A stretch of 64,000 nucleotides of DNA from Candidatus Multivoradales bacterium (GCA_965248925.1 CBDFLE010000005.1:1984001-2048000); one strand, 5' to 3'. Shown: positions 52,035-62,149, numbered from the stretch's first letter. Made by a program: numbers and translations. Notes: a model not told the origin generated them from the letters alone.

Positions 52035-53042
52035 ATGGAAAAAGATCTACCAACGCTCCCCCTCGAACCACCAACAAGCGACTCGCGACCCGCGGCTGCC
52101 TTCGCCGACTACATTGCCTTGGCGCGGCCGGACCACTACGTCAAGCATGTGTTCATCGTCCCCGGCATCGTCTTGGCACTGGTTCTGCACGGTCGCTCAC
52201 CGGCAGGCAGCCTGCTATCGATCGTTGTCGGCTTCCTCTCCGCCGCCGCCATCGCTTCGGCAAATTACGTGCTCAACGAGTGGCTCGACGCCCCCTTCGA
52301 CGCTTTCCACCCGTCCAAGTCCACCCGCCCGGCGGTGGCCAAGTGGATGTCCCGCGGCTGGGTGTGGACAGAGTACCTGCTGCTAGCCGGCACTGGCCTT
52401 GGTCTGGCGGCGGCGGTATCCCGCCCCTTCCTGGTCACCTCGGTGCTGTTCCTGCTCGGCGCGGTGGCCTACAACGTGGCACCGATTCGCACCAAAGACC
52501 GGGTCTACCTCGACGTCCTCAGCGAAGCTATCAACAATCCCATCCGCCTGACCCTGGGCTGGGCGATGATCGACGCTACCACCCTGCCGCCGAGCAGCTT
52601 GCTGCTAGCCTACTGGATGGGCGGCGCCTTCTTGATGGCGGTCAAACGCTTCGCCGAATACCGCGCGGTCAGCGCCAGTGGCGAGTTCGCTGCCCTGGCC
52701 CTTTATCGGCGCTCGTTCCACGCCTACAGCGAGAACGGCCTGTTGGTCTCGGCGGTGCTCTACGCCCAGATGGCCGCCTTCTTCCTGGCCGTCTTCCTGA
52801 TCAAGTATCGGGTCGAGTACCTGCTCTCCTTACCCCTCTTCGCCGCTCTGTTCGCCTCTTACCTGCGGGTGGGGCTGAAAGAACACTCGACGGCGCAAAC
52901 GCCGGAGAAGTTATTTCGCGAGAAGGCCCTGCTAGCGACCGTGGTGCTGCTGGTGGTAGCCTTGGCGCTGCTGACCTGGATCGATCTGCCGATCCTCGAC
53001 CGGCTGACTACAGCACACTATATCCAGCTGTCGGGCGACTGA
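52035..53042 (+). CDS. UbiA-family prenyltransferase (polyprenyl-phosphate phosphoribosyltransferase-like)
   Basis: 'RPDHYVKH', 'YVLNEWLDAPFDAFHPSKSTRP', 'KRFAE'. Confidence 0.85.
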   Translation: MEKDLPTLPLEPPTSDSRPAAAFADYIALARPDHYVKHVFIVPGIVLALVLHGRSPAGSLLSIVVGFLSAAAIASANYVLNEWLDAPFDAFHPSKSTRPAVAKWMSRGWVWTEYLLLAGTGLGLAAAVSRPFLVTSVLFLLGAVAYNVAPIRTKDRVYLDVLSEAINNPIRLTLGWAMIDATTLPPSSLLLAYWMGGAFLMAVKRFAEYRAVSASGEFAALALYRRSFHAYSENGLLVSAVLYAQMAAFFLAVFLIKYRVEYLLSLPLFAALFASYLRVGLKEHSTAQTPEKLFREKALLATVVLLVVALALLTWIDLPILDRLTTAHYIQLSGD

Positions 53043-53046
53043 TCCC

Positions 53047-53472
53047 TCAGTCCAGGTCGAAGCGCCGCCGCAGCTCCGGCGGCAGCAGCGGGCAGGCGGT
53101 CGGCGGTGGGGTGAACAGCCGGTGACGTATCTTTGCGATGCCAACGTAAACAGCGTCCCGTAGCAACGCCGGAACCAGGCCACCGACGAAAGCGACCGGC
53201 CGCCAAAGACCACCCAGGCGGGCGGTGGCGTGCAGCACGGCCGTGGAGCGGGTGAGCAAACGGCCCTCGCTAGTCAGCACGACGATGCTGTCTGGCAGAT
53301 CAACACGTTGGGCCGGCGGCACCAGACGGAGAAAGGCTTGGCTGTCGAGCGGCGCGAAGCGGAACAGCTCGCCACTGGCATCCCGCGCCAGTAAAAAGCG
53401 AACAGCGCGGTGGCAAAGACCGCAGTGGCCATCGTAGAAGACGTACTCCCTAGCTGTCAGCCCGCTCGCCAT
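53047..53472 (-). CDS. DCC-family thiol-disulfide oxidoreductase (DUF393)
   Basis: 'YDGHCGLC', 'FAPL', 'RDAVY..IAKIRHRLF'. Confidence 0.88.
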   Translation of the reverse strand: MASGLTAREYVFYDGHCGLCHRAVRFLLARDASGELFRFAPLDSQAFLRLVPPAQRVDLPDSIVVLTSEGRLLTRSTAVLHATARLGGLWRPVAFVGGLVPALLRDAVYVGIAKIRHRLFTPPPTACPLLPPELRRRFDLD

Positions 53473-53477
53473 CGCCC

Positions 53478-54248
53478 TTACCTCGCCACTAAACTTGGCA
53501 GCTCAAAGCTCTGCTCTTCGAATTCGTCCGGCAGTGTGTGATGGCGCTGTGAGCCGCAGCGGCAAACGGTTGGAGCGTCTCGAGGGATAGCCTCGTAACG
53601 TCGCAGGTCTTGTAGCGCTCGCCGGGCATCAGCTCGCAACTGCTGGATTGCCCGCAGCAGATCGCCAAACCCTTGCCGGTTCAGCTGCCGCAATTCATCC
53701 GCTAGGGCCAGCAGCTCAGGAATCCTTTGTCCTTCCAATGCGGCCAGCAACCGCAGACGGTCGTTGATCAGCTCTCGGCGACCTCGCCGACGCTCTACTT
53801 TTCGCGGATCATCCAGCTGATAGGCGCGATGGGTGTACGCGGCATCGAGATCTCCTGCCTCTGGTTGCAAACGGTTGCCGGCGGCGATGAAGTGCCGGTG
53901 CCACCCATCTCGGGTCGGATCTAGCAAGCGAGCGCCTTGGTGTTGCGGCGGCTTGGCTGAGCGGGATCGATTGCAGAAGCGGCAGGCGTAGAGACAGTTG
54001 TCGTAATCACCCTGCCGCGAAGCGTCCGCGCTACGCGCGATGGCATGTTCGACAGTGGTGCCACCCAGCCCTTCGCCGGACTCTCCACCAAATAGATCGG
54101 CTTCGTGCAACAGGCAGAAGCCACAAGTAAAGCCAAAGTCCCAGCGCAAGCACGAACGGTAAGCCTGCCAACGCTCAGTAGGTCTGGGCTGGTGCCGACG
54201 CAACGTCGGCTTCTTCGGCGGCAGAGTCCGCGGCGGCAGAATCTTCAA
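53478..54248 (-). CDS. Zinc-binding HNH endonuclease
   Basis: TTG start with GAGGG RBS; 'CGFC...VEH...YDNCLYACRFCN', 'LLDP'. Confidence 0.82.
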   Translation of the reverse strand: MKILPPRTLPPKKPTLRRHQPRPTERWQAYRSCLRWDFGFTCGFCLLHEADLFGGESGEGLGGTTVEHAIARSADASRQGDYDNCLYACRFCNRSRSAKPPQHQGARLLDPTRDGWHRHFIAAGNRLQPEAGDLDAAYTHRAYQLDDPRKVERRRGRRELINDRLRLLAALEGQRIPELLALADELRQLNRQGFGDLLRAIQQLRADARRALQDLRRYEAIPRDAPTVCRCGSQRHHTLPDEFEEQSFELPSLVAR

Positions 54249-55458
54249 GGTATTCCCTCTCGGCGTACACAGGTTCCGACACATCGGCGGCGGCGGCAGG
54301 GCGATTTGCGGAGATGAGATCTGCGACCTCTTCTCGTAGAACAGCTGCCCGATCAAGGATCTGCTGGCCAGCATCGATCGGCATATTCAGGCCAGTTTCG
54401 AATCTCTCGCGAAACTGCGCCGCCTCAGCCTGTTGCAACTCCAGGAGATGGGCCCATTTTCGATCGATCTCCTCTCCGCAGCTCAAATCGTCCGCCGACG
54501 CTTCCCGAGTCAGAGCGATGATCTCGTCATAGAGTCCCTCAATCTGCTCTTCGACAGATCGAGATTCTACGATCTCCCCACCAACTGAACTGGGCACCGA
54601 GCCATTGGTGAGCACTTCTAGCTCGCTCACCACAGCTGCCGCACTCTGCGGCCGATCTTGAGGCTCCTTGGCAAGCAGTCGGTCGATGAGCGAGGCGAGG
54701 GCCGGCGTCACAGCAAGGTTGAGTTCATTTGCCGGCAGAGGGTCCAGGCTCAAAATGCGACAGAAAGTACCGAACTGTGTCGAATCCTGAAACGGCGATT
54801 CCCCTGTCAACATCTCGTAGAGCAGTACGCCGAAGGAAAAAAGGTCGGATCGCAGCGAGACCAGTTCCCCGGCCACCTGCTCGGGCGATAGCGCCCGATA
54901 CACCCTGGCCGCCGCACTTTCCCTCGCCTGGCTAGAATCGATCTCCAGGCTCTCCGCGATCGCTACCATACCCAAGTCGAGAAGATTGATCTTGCCATCC
55001 GGCTCGACCAAGACGCTCTCGGCCCGCAGGTCTCTGTGCAAAAAACCACTCGCATGTAGTTCCACTAACGCCCTGCCGACCTGGAGTCCAATCGGCAAGG
55101 CTTGCTCGATCGGCAGCGCTCCCGCTGCCAGCAAGCGCGACAGGGGGGAGCTGGACTTCGTGCCGTTGCCGGTCTTCAACCGTGGAAGTAACCGATTCCA
55201 TGCCTCTTCGACCTCGATCTCGGAGTTGGCCCTCTGACCACCACCGTCATCGAATTCGATAACGCCAAAGAGCAGCTGTACTGAACAGTCTTCACAAACC
55301 GCCACATGCTCGGCGATCTCTTCTCTCTGCTCGTGGGTCAACGTACCCTGATGATACGCAGCGAGTTCAGGGAGCGTAGCGTGCCGACGCTGCTGCCGGC
55401 GCTCTTGGCTGTACGCCGCTAGCGCCGCCCTGAAGTCGTCGCGAATTTCTAGTTCCAT
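54175..55458 (-). CDS. Fusion of zf-HC2 anti-sigma domain, kinase C-lobe (probable pseudokinase) and helical tail
   Basis: 'EHVAVCEDC'; 'HRDLRAES', 'DLG', 'SPEQ', 'SDLFSFGVLLYEMLTG'; no Gly-rich loop or VAIK. Confidence 0.8.
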   Translation of the reverse strand: MELEIRDDFRAALAAYSQERRQQRRHATLPELAAYHQGTLTHEQREEIAEHVAVCEDCSVQLLFGVIEFDDGGGQRANSEIEVEEAWNRLLPRLKTGNGTKSSSPLSRLLAAGALPIEQALPIGLQVGRALVELHASGFLHRDLRAESVLVEPDGKINLLDLGMVAIAESLEIDSSQARESAAARVYRALSPEQVAGELVSLRSDLFSFGVLLYEMLTGESPFQDSTQFGTFCRILSLDPLPANELNLAVTPALASLIDRLLAKEPQDRPQSAAAVVSELEVLTNGSVPSSVGGEIVESRSVEEQIEGLYDEIIALTREASADDLSCGEEIDRKWAHLLELQQAEAAQFRERFETGLNMPIDAGQQILDRAAVLREEVADLISANRPAAAADVSEPVYAEREYLEDSAAADSAAEEADVASAPAQTY

Positions 55459-55567
55459 TGCTAAGAAGTCCCCTGGCTCGGCTGATGAAGTCGATCCCCT
55501 CTACCTATAAAGACACCCTGGCCAGAAGATTGTTCGAATACCAGAGTCGCACCCACCTGATCCGCCC

Positions 55568-56167
55568 TCAACTGGCCCCGAGATCAGGGAAATGGGCAGC
55601 GAGCTTCTCCCTGAGCCGCGCCTTGGCCGAATGTAGCTGCGACTTCACCGTGCCGAGTGGGACGCCGGTAATCGCCGCGATCTCGCGGTACCTCAGGTTC
55701 TGGCCAAGCGACAGCAACATGCACTGGCGCATCTGTGCCGGCAGCTCTTGCAGAGCCTGTCGCAGGAGCTTGACCCGTTCCTGGGTCAGGATTTCATCGA
55801 GCTGGCCGCGAGTGGGGGAAGGCGGCCCCTGCTCGCCCGGGGCAACCCCGTCGGCCAACTGGCCGTGGAACGTTGGGTCATCCAGGGAAGCCTCTGGGCG
55901 ATTTCTCTTTGCCGCTGATCGCCGACGCAGCTCGTTGCGGTAGATGTTGACCGCAATCTTGAACAGCCACCCTCTGAAACTGCCCTCACCGCGAAACTGA
56001 GCCCGACTGCGAAAAGCGTGCAGGAAGGCTTGCTGGACCAGATCGTCGACCTCCTCGGAGCCAAATCCCCTGCTGCGAAAGAAAAAGACAACAGCATCAA
56101 AGTGGCGCACGAAGAGCCGCCCAAAGTCTTCCTCGTCTGCTGCCAGTTGCGTTCCGGTCTTGCTCAA
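55568..56167 (-). CDS. ECF RNA polymerase sigma factor
   Basis: 'DDLVQQAF', 'SFRGWLFKIAVN', 'YREIAAITGVPLGTVKSQLHSAK'. Confidence 0.92.
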   Translation of the reverse strand: MSKTGTQLAADEEDFGRLFVRHFDAVVFFFRSRGFGSEEVDDLVQQAFLHAFRSRAQFRGEGSFRGWLFKIAVNIYRNELRRRSAAKRNRPEASLDDPTFHGQLADGVAPGEQGPPSPTRGQLDEILTQERVKLLRQALQELPAQMRQCMLLSLGQNLRYREIAAITGVPLGTVKSQLHSAKARLREKLAAHFPDLGAS

Positions 56168-56308
56168 GCACGGCCTCTAATTTATTGCCCAAACCAATTC
56201 TACAGCAGAGCGAACCACCTCCTGGCCACAACGGGCGCTTCCATGACCGCCCTCACTCTCATATAATAATTTGCATATCGAGAGAATTGCCAGACTGGAG
56301 AGAAGCCT

Positions 56309-59300
56309 ATGCTGGACTTCGTCAAACGAAGCGTCAAACGAAGCTGTCGGAACGCTACTGAGAAAACCACCATCTGGGCCTTCGGCGTAGCGCTGCTGGT
56401 GCTGCTTTCAGCCGCCGCTCAAGCCCTGCCGGCGGTCGATTACGACATCGTCTACGTCCGCCAGCCGCGCTTTGGCGATGACATCAACACTCTGTGGCCG
56501 GAGGTCTTCCATCCGGCGCGGCTCGAAGCCGGGGCGGATCTGATGCTGCTGCATCCAGATGGCAGCGAGGAGGTGCTGGTGGCCGGCGGCATCGGCTCGG
56601 TGAGCGATCCGTTCATCTCCTTCGACGCTGAGTGGGTCTACTACAGCTACTTCTATGATCTACAGCCGCAGAGTTTGAACTCGCAGCGCGGTGATTTGCC
56701 CCACGCTGGGGCCGATATCTTTCGCCTGCACCTCGGTAGCCGTCAGATCGAGCAGCTGACCGACGGCGAATTCACTCCCAACACCGGTGCCGGCAACTGG
56801 CATCCAACCAATCCCCTCGATCCGCCTTCGCAGTACAACCGGCTGGGTTATGGCATTCTCAACCTCGGTCCTTGCCCTTTGCCCGGCGGCCGGCTGGCCT
56901 TCACCAGCAACCGCAATGGCTTCGTGCCTCCCAAGGGCTTTACCAATCCGACCTTGCAACTCTTCGTTATGGACGAAGACGGCGCCAACGTCACCCCGAT
57001 CGCGCCGATGACCATCGGCAGCGCCTTGCACCCGACGGTGCTGCGCGATGGCCGGCTGATGTTCTCGACCTACGAAAGCCAGGGGCTGCGCGACCGGCGA
57101 CTGTGGGGGATCTGGTCGATCTATCCTGATGGCCGCGGCTGGGCACCAGTGATCAGCGCCTTCAAACAGCCTTCGGCCTTTCACTTCATGACCCAGCTCA
57201 GCGGCGAAGATCTGGTGGTGGTGGACTATTACAACCTGAACAACAACGGCTTCGGCGCCCTCTATCGCTTCCCGATCCGCCCACCCGCGGGTACCCCTGC
57301 TTTCTTCAGTGCCTACCTGAGTGACAATCCCGAGGTGCAACAAACTGTCAGTGACGGTTTTCTCTACCCTTTCCGGATGCCCTTCACCCCTTGGGGTATG
57401 TACTCGATCTCGCCCTTCACCCACGGCAACGACAACGCCGCGCCGATCGGCGACGACGGTACCACCCGAGTCGGCAAGCTGACCCATCCCTCAGCGGCGC
57501 CGGCCGGCGATCTGCTGGTGGTGTGGACTCCGGGGCCGGCTAACGACCTCAACCGCCCTACTCCAGACCCACGCTATGACAGCGGCCTCTATCTGCAACC
57601 CGGCGGCGATCCGGCGTGGGATCCGGCTGAACTGGTGGAATTGAAGAATGACCCAGCCTGGAACGAAGCCTGGCCACGAGCGGTGGTGCCCTACCGCGCG
57701 GTCCACGGAGTCGACGCCCCGGCCGAGATCCCTTGGCTACCTAACGACGGCAGCGAGCACCCCCTGCTAGTGGCCGGTACTCCCTTTGGCCTGATCGGTT
57801 CTTCGAGCTTCTACAAGCGGGAGAGTTTTCCCGGCCAGGTGACTTCATGGTCAGACACTTTCGACGGCCTCGACGCTTTCAACACCAGCGAAAACGGCCA
57901 GAGTAGCAATTGGGGCGCCCAAGGGGCCGACGCCGGCAAATACTCCAACAGTGAGATCTGGGCGGTGCGCCTACTGGCGATGGAACCCAACACCCATCGC
58001 AGCTATGGCCCCAACAACGGTCGCCACTTCGAGAATTTCGCCAACGAGCGGCTGCGTATCCTGGGCGAGATCCCGCTGCGCAAGCTCGACGGCAGGGGCG
58101 ACCCGCTGCTCGATGCCGAGGGCAACCCGGACACCAGCTTCCTGGCCAAGATCCCCGCCGACACCCCATTTACCTTCCAAACCCTCGACCGCGACGGGCT
58201 GGTGCTGAACATGTCGCAAACCTGGCATCAGCTGCGGCCCGGCGAAGTACGCACCAATTGCGGCGGCTGCCACGCCCACAGCCAGCAGCCCCTCGATTTC
58301 GCCTCGACCGCCGCCGCCCAGCCCGAATACCAGGTTTGGGATCTGGCCAACACCACCCCTCTACTGACCCGCGACACTCAGGGCCAGCCGGCGTTGCGCA
58401 TCGAGGCGGGCGGGGTGGCCAATGTCGAGTTCTACCGCGACATCCGGCCCCTCCTGGGGCGCAGCTGTGTCAGCTGCCACCGTTCCAGCGATCCTGATCC
58501 GCCGGGCAATCTGGTGCTCGACGACCACACCCTCTACGGCGGCTTGCCGGGGGACTACAAGCGCCTGGCCGACGATAACGACGCCACTTGGGGCTATCCG
58601 CCAGTGATCAGCAACGGTATTTGGCGACAGACCAACGCCAGCCGCTATGTCCGCCGCTTGCAAAGTCGACGCAGCTTGCTGATGTGGAAGCTCCTCGGTC
58701 GCCGCAGCGACGGTTGGTCAAACGCCGACCACCCCACCGAGACGGTGCCGGGAGACGCCTCGACCTTACCCGCGGGAGCAGCGGCCAACGAAGCAGATCT
58801 GGACTACAGCGGTAGTCCGATGCCGCCACCAGGACAGGGAGTGCCGCTCTTGAGCGTCGACGAAAAGATGCTCTTCGCCCGCTGGATCGACCTCGGCTGT
58901 CCCATCGATAGCGCCTTTGGCACGGCTGATGAGGCCTACGGCTGGCATCTCGACGATCTCCGCCCCACCCTTGCCTTGAGCTCGCCCCGAGCCGGCTACA
59001 ACGCCGGGCCGGTCGATCGACTGCGGCTCGGAGTGGCCGATGCTTACAGCGGCATCGACCTGGCAAGTCTTTCGTTGGTGGCAGATTTCGCCGTCGCTGG
59101 CCGCAGCGCCGGGGCCGAGCTAGCGGATCTGCTGCAAAGCAGCGGCGACGGCATCTGGACTCTCGATCTGGGTTTTTCCTTGCCGCCGCTGATCGACGCC
59201 CTAATCTTTGCCGAGGTCGCCGATCAACAAGGCAATATCACTCGTGTCGAACGGCGCTTCTCCACCGTCACCCAGGCGATCTTCGTCGACGGCTTCGAGT

Positions 59301-59335
59301 CCGGAAACACCACCGCCTGGTCCGGCAGCAACTGA
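56309..59335 (+). CDS. Exported hydrazine-synthase-alpha-like beta-propeller protein with two c-type heme motifs
   Basis: TolB-like repeats; 'SFLAKIPADTPFTFQTLD...LRPGEVRTNCGGCH'; 'CVSCH'; 'WIDLG'; C-terminal 'IFVDGFESG'. Confidence 0.75.
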   Translation: MLDFVKRSVKRSCRNATEKTTIWAFGVALLVLLSAAAQALPAVDYDIVYVRQPRFGDDINTLWPEVFHPARLEAGADLMLLHPDGSEEVLVAGGIGSVSDPFISFDAEWVYYSYFYDLQPQSLNSQRGDLPHAGADIFRLHLGSRQIEQLTDGEFTPNTGAGNWHPTNPLDPPSQYNRLGYGILNLGPCPLPGGRLAFTSNRNGFVPPKGFTNPTLQLFVMDEDGANVTPIAPMTIGSALHPTVLRDGRLMFSTYESQGLRDRRLWGIWSIYPDGRGWAPVISAFKQPSAFHFMTQLSGEDLVVVDYYNLNNNGFGALYRFPIRPPAGTPAFFSAYLSDNPEVQQTVSDGFLYPFRMPFTPWGMYSISPFTHGNDNAAPIGDDGTTRVGKLTHPSAAPAGDLLVVWTPGPANDLNRPTPDPRYDSGLYLQPGGDPAWDPAELVELKNDPAWNEAWPRAVVPYRAVHGVDAPAEIPWLPNDGSEHPLLVAGTPFGLIGSSSFYKRESFPGQVTSWSDTFDGLDAFNTSENGQSSNWGAQGADAGKYSNSEIWAVRLLAMEPNTHRSYGPNNGRHFENFANERLRILGEIPLRKLDGRGDPLLDAEGNPDTSFLAKIPADTPFTFQTLDRDGLVLNMSQTWHQLRPGEVRTNCGGCHAHSQQPLDFASTAAAQPEYQVWDLANTTPLLTRDTQGQPALRIEAGGVANVEFYRDIRPLLGRSCVSCHRSSDPDPPGNLVLDDHTLYGGLPGDYKRLADDNDATWGYPPVISNGIWRQTNASRYVRRLQSRRSLLMWKLLGRRSDGWSNADHPTETVPGDASTLPAGAAANEADLDYSGSPMPPPGQGVPLLSVDEKMLFARWIDLGCPIDSAFGTADEAYGWHLDDLRPTLALSSPRAGYNAGPVDRLRLGVADAYSGIDLASLSLVADFAVAGRSAGAELADLLQSSGDGIWTLDLGFSLPPLIDALIFAEVADQQGNITRVERRFSTVTQAIFVDGFESGNTTAWSGSN

Positions 59336-59347
59336 ACCCAAGGGAAC

Positions 59348-59518
59348 CTGGCTCGCCGGATTCTGTAGGGGCGCAAGGCTTGCGCCCGTCTTTGATCGCC
59401 GCGCCAACGGGCGCACGCCGTGCGCCCCTACAAGAATCTCTTCCCGGGCTCGCCAAAGAGACTCAGGGGGTAAGCCTGCTCACCGGCCGGTTGTCGACCC
59501 ACAGCACACCGTCACGAA
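59348..59518 (+). repeat. ~170-bp direct repeat, copy 1: GTAG-type REP doublet (59364-59432) plus duplicated fecR 3' end
   Basis: Aligns by eye with 62272-62441; inverted GTAGGGGCGCA...TGCGCCCCTAC pair. Confidence 0.82.
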
Positions 59519-59595
59519 CTGCCTCCCCCACCCACAGCACCCGATCTCCTCATTGGATCCCAGCCGGGTAGGGGGTTTATTCGGCCAGTTTCCTG

Positions 59596-59627
59596 TTCAG
59601 GCTCTGTTCAGGTCTCTCGGCCACAAT
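59596..59627 (+). promoter_or_regulatory. Putative OmpR-family regulator box TTCAG-N6-TTCAG followed by a -10-like CACAAT
   Basis: Direct repeat with 11-bp period at the -35 position upstream of 59667. Confidence 0.5.
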
Positions 59628-59666
59628 AGGCATGACATGACCGGTGAGAGAAAAGGAGAGCAACCT

Positions 59667-60425
59667 GTGAGCCAACCGTGGTCGAGTTCCCTCGTAGTCG
59701 CATCGTTTGGAGTCATAACCTGGCGAGTCGTCACCTTCGTCCAACTTGTATCCGGACAGATGGAGGGCGTTGTCGAGGACCCCGCTATCCTCGTGTTGCT
59801 GCGGGGTGGGATGGGACTCCTCCTTGTAGCCTGCGGGCTCGCGATGGCGCACCGGGAACTACTATGGGCAAAGGCCTTTGGCTGGTATTGCGTGACTTAC
59901 GGACTGCACTGGGGCGGCCCCATCATCGTTAGCGCCGAATCTCAGGCCCATGCCCCGATCTTCCTCTTCTACTTTCTCGTCAGCGGCGCAGTGGCACATT
60001 CGTGCCTGCTGCTGTGGTTCTATTCGTATCCATCTCGATCTGCTCCAGCTTGGCTCAAACGGGCGGTCCTGGTGCCACCGGGAATGGCGCTCCTCGCCGG
60101 CGGGCTCGGGCTCAGCTCGGGCTCGGCGGCCCTAGTCGGAACCGCTCAAGCGATTATTGGCGTTTGGCCAACGGTGGCGACGGTTCTCGGGTTGGTCGCT
60201 CTGTCGGTCTCCGCAAGCCGAGGACCAGCTGTAGCCCGCCAACGGCAACTGCGTTTGATCGGACTCTTCCTGGCCGCCGTCCTACCCTGGGAAATCGCGT
60301 CGGCCTTCGGCTATGACGAGCTGGCAGCGTGGTTGACGCTCCTCTTCTCGGCCCCAGCGGTGGCGACGGTGATCTGGGCCCGTCGAGAACCGCCTTTCGA
60401 GCTCACCGGGAACACAGCCGCGTAG
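59667..60425 (+). CDS. Multi-pass membrane protein of unknown function
   Basis: GTG start with AGGAG RBS; about 7-8 hydrophobic segments; 'GLHWGGP' motif. Confidence 0.72.
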   Translation: MSQPWSSSLVVASFGVITWRVVTFVQLVSGQMEGVVEDPAILVLLRGGMGLLLVACGLAMAHRELLWAKAFGWYCVTYGLHWGGPIIVSAESQAHAPIFLFYFLVSGAVAHSCLLLWFYSYPSRSAPAWLKRAVLVPPGMALLAGGLGLSSGSAALVGTAQAIIGVWPTVATVLGLVALSVSASRGPAVARQRQLRLIGLFLAAVLPWEIASAFGYDELAAWLTLLFSAPAVATVIWARREPPFELTGNTAA

Positions 60426-60437
60426 GGAATTTAGCGC

Positions 60438-61472
60438 TCAGGAACTTGCGGTAGAGCCGATAGGGGATTTGGGGGGCGGGAAGTCCAGTACGACTGCGAG
60501 ACCTCCCAGGTGAGAAACCCGAGCCGTCATGGCGCCCTCGTAGAGTTCGACGAGCGTCCGGACGATGCTGAGACCCATCCCGCTGCCTCCGGACTCATAG
60601 GCCGGTCCTTCGACGCTTGTGCCTCTCACCAGGGCCGAGCGCTCCGCCTCGCGCAGCCCGGGTCCATCATCGTCGACCGCTATGGATACACCACCGCTAT
60701 CCGCCCGGACTTGAATCTCCACCTGTCGAGCGGCCCACTTGCAGGCATTGTCGAGAATATTGCCCAGCATCTCCGCAAGATCCTGGCTATCCATCCGCAG
60801 GGTCGCCCCCTCCTCTACGGCTGCCGAAATCACCAATCCGCGCGACTCGTAGAGCCGCTTCATCGTCCGCAACAACCCATCGACGACCGGTCCTATCGCG
60901 ACAGCCGCCTCTGGTGGTTGAGCGGACCGAGCGGCAGCAGCCCTTGCACGACTCAAATGGACTTCCACATGCGCGGTCATCGCCAGAACCTGACGGTTCA
61001 TCTCCTCGGTCGACGACTCCGCGCCCTCGTTCAGGCGCTGGATCTCGTTGCTGAGAATCGCCAGCGGTGTCTTGAGACCGTGAGCCAGGTTGTCGGCCTC
61101 CACCTTCGAGCGCCGCAATGCTTCCCGATTGCGGCGCAGAAGGGTATTGAGGTCATCTACGAGTGGCTGCACTTCTTGCGGGTAGCTGCCATGAACCTGC
61201 TGCTCCGAGCCCCGGCGTACCGGGTCTAGCCGGCCTCGGAGTCGCTTCAACGGGAGCAGACTGGCGACGACCGTCAGCACTCCTGCAATCATCAGAGCAA
61301 GACCGACCAGGCAAATGGAAGCGAACCAGCCGGCGCTGATCTTGAAGTAGGCGGCTGCCGATGGGATGAGCGCTCCGAAGGCGAAGAGCAGGCCGCCGAT
61401 GAAGATCCAGCCTCGAAGGGAGGTCCACCGAATGCCGACCTTACGGTGGCTCTCCTCCTTGCCGTCGCTCAC
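60438..61472 (-). CDS. Sensor histidine kinase (PhoQ/QseC/BqsS-like) with no periplasmic domain
   Basis: H-box 'NLAHGLKTPL', N-box 'NILDNACKW', 'DDDGPG', 'GSGMGL'. Confidence 0.9.
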   Translation of the reverse strand: MSDGKEESHRKVGIRWTSLRGWIFIGGLLFAFGALIPSAAAYFKISAGWFASICLVGLALMIAGVLTVVASLLPLKRLRGRLDPVRRGSEQQVHGSYPQEVQPLVDDLNTLLRRNREALRRSKVEADNLAHGLKTPLAILSNEIQRLNEGAESSTEEMNRQVLAMTAHVEVHLSRARAAAARSAQPPEAAVAIGPVVDGLLRTMKRLYESRGLVISAAVEEGATLRMDSQDLAEMLGNILDNACKWAARQVEIQVRADSGGVSIAVDDDGPGLREAERSALVRGTSVEGPAYESGGSGMGLSIVRTLVELYEGAMTARVSHLGGLAVVLDFPPPKSPIGSTASS

Positions 61473-62149
61473 TGCTCGTTCTCCGCGGAGTCTTCTTTTG
61501 CTACTAGATACCCGAGGCCGCGTACTGTCTGGACCAGATCGCGCCCCAGCTTGCGACGAATCCGAGACACGAAGACCTCGATCGTGTTGGAGTCGCGATC
61601 GAAGTCCTGAGCGTAGATGTGTTCGGTCAGCTCGCTACCCGACACGACTCGTCCGACGTTGTGTAGGAGGTAGCGAAGGATCTTGAGTTCGTACGCGGTC
61701 AGGCGCACCCGCTCGCCGTCGCGGCGTACCTCGAGCGACCGAGTGTCCAGGGTGACCGGACCGTGCCGAAGCTCGGGCGAGCCGGTACCCCGAGCCCTTC
61801 TGAGAAGGGCGCGCAGCCGAGCGAGTAACTCCGCCATCTCGAACGGCTTCGGGAGATAGTCGTCGGCACCCGCATCAATTCCTGCTACGCGCTCATGCCA
61901 GCGTCCACGCGCGGTGAGAATCAGCACAGGTGTGGACACGCCGTTGGCTCTCCAATGATTCAGAACTTTGAGCCCATCGACCTTCGGCAGGCCGAGATCC
62001 AACACGATCGCGTCATAGGGCTCGGTCTCCCCGAGGTACCGTGCCTCCTCGCCGTCCCCAGCCACGTCGACAGCATAGCCTTCCGCGGAGATCCTCGCGG
62101 TCAACTGCTCCGCGAGCCGTTCCTCGTCTTCCACAACCAGCACCCGCAT
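61469..62149 (-). CDS. OmpR-family response regulator
   Basis: 'VVEDE', 'LDLGLP', 'GADDYLPKPF', 'SNTIEVFVSRIRRK', 'TVRGLGY'. Confidence 0.94.
   Translation of the reverse strand: MRVLVVEDEERLAEQLTARISAEGYAVDVAGDGEEARYLGETEPYDAIVLDLGLPKVDGLKVLNHWRANGVSTPVLILTARGRWHERVAGIDAGADDYLPKPFEMAELLARLRALLRRARGTGSPELRHGPVTLDTRSLEVRRDGERVRLTAYELKILRYLLHNVGRVVSGSELTEHIYAQDFDRDSNTIEVFVSRIRRKLGRDLVQTVRGLGYLVAKEDSAENEQ

Noticed and set aside
56309-59335. Anammox capability
   Set aside because: A single distant alpha-like gene without beta/gamma subunits or other anammox genes
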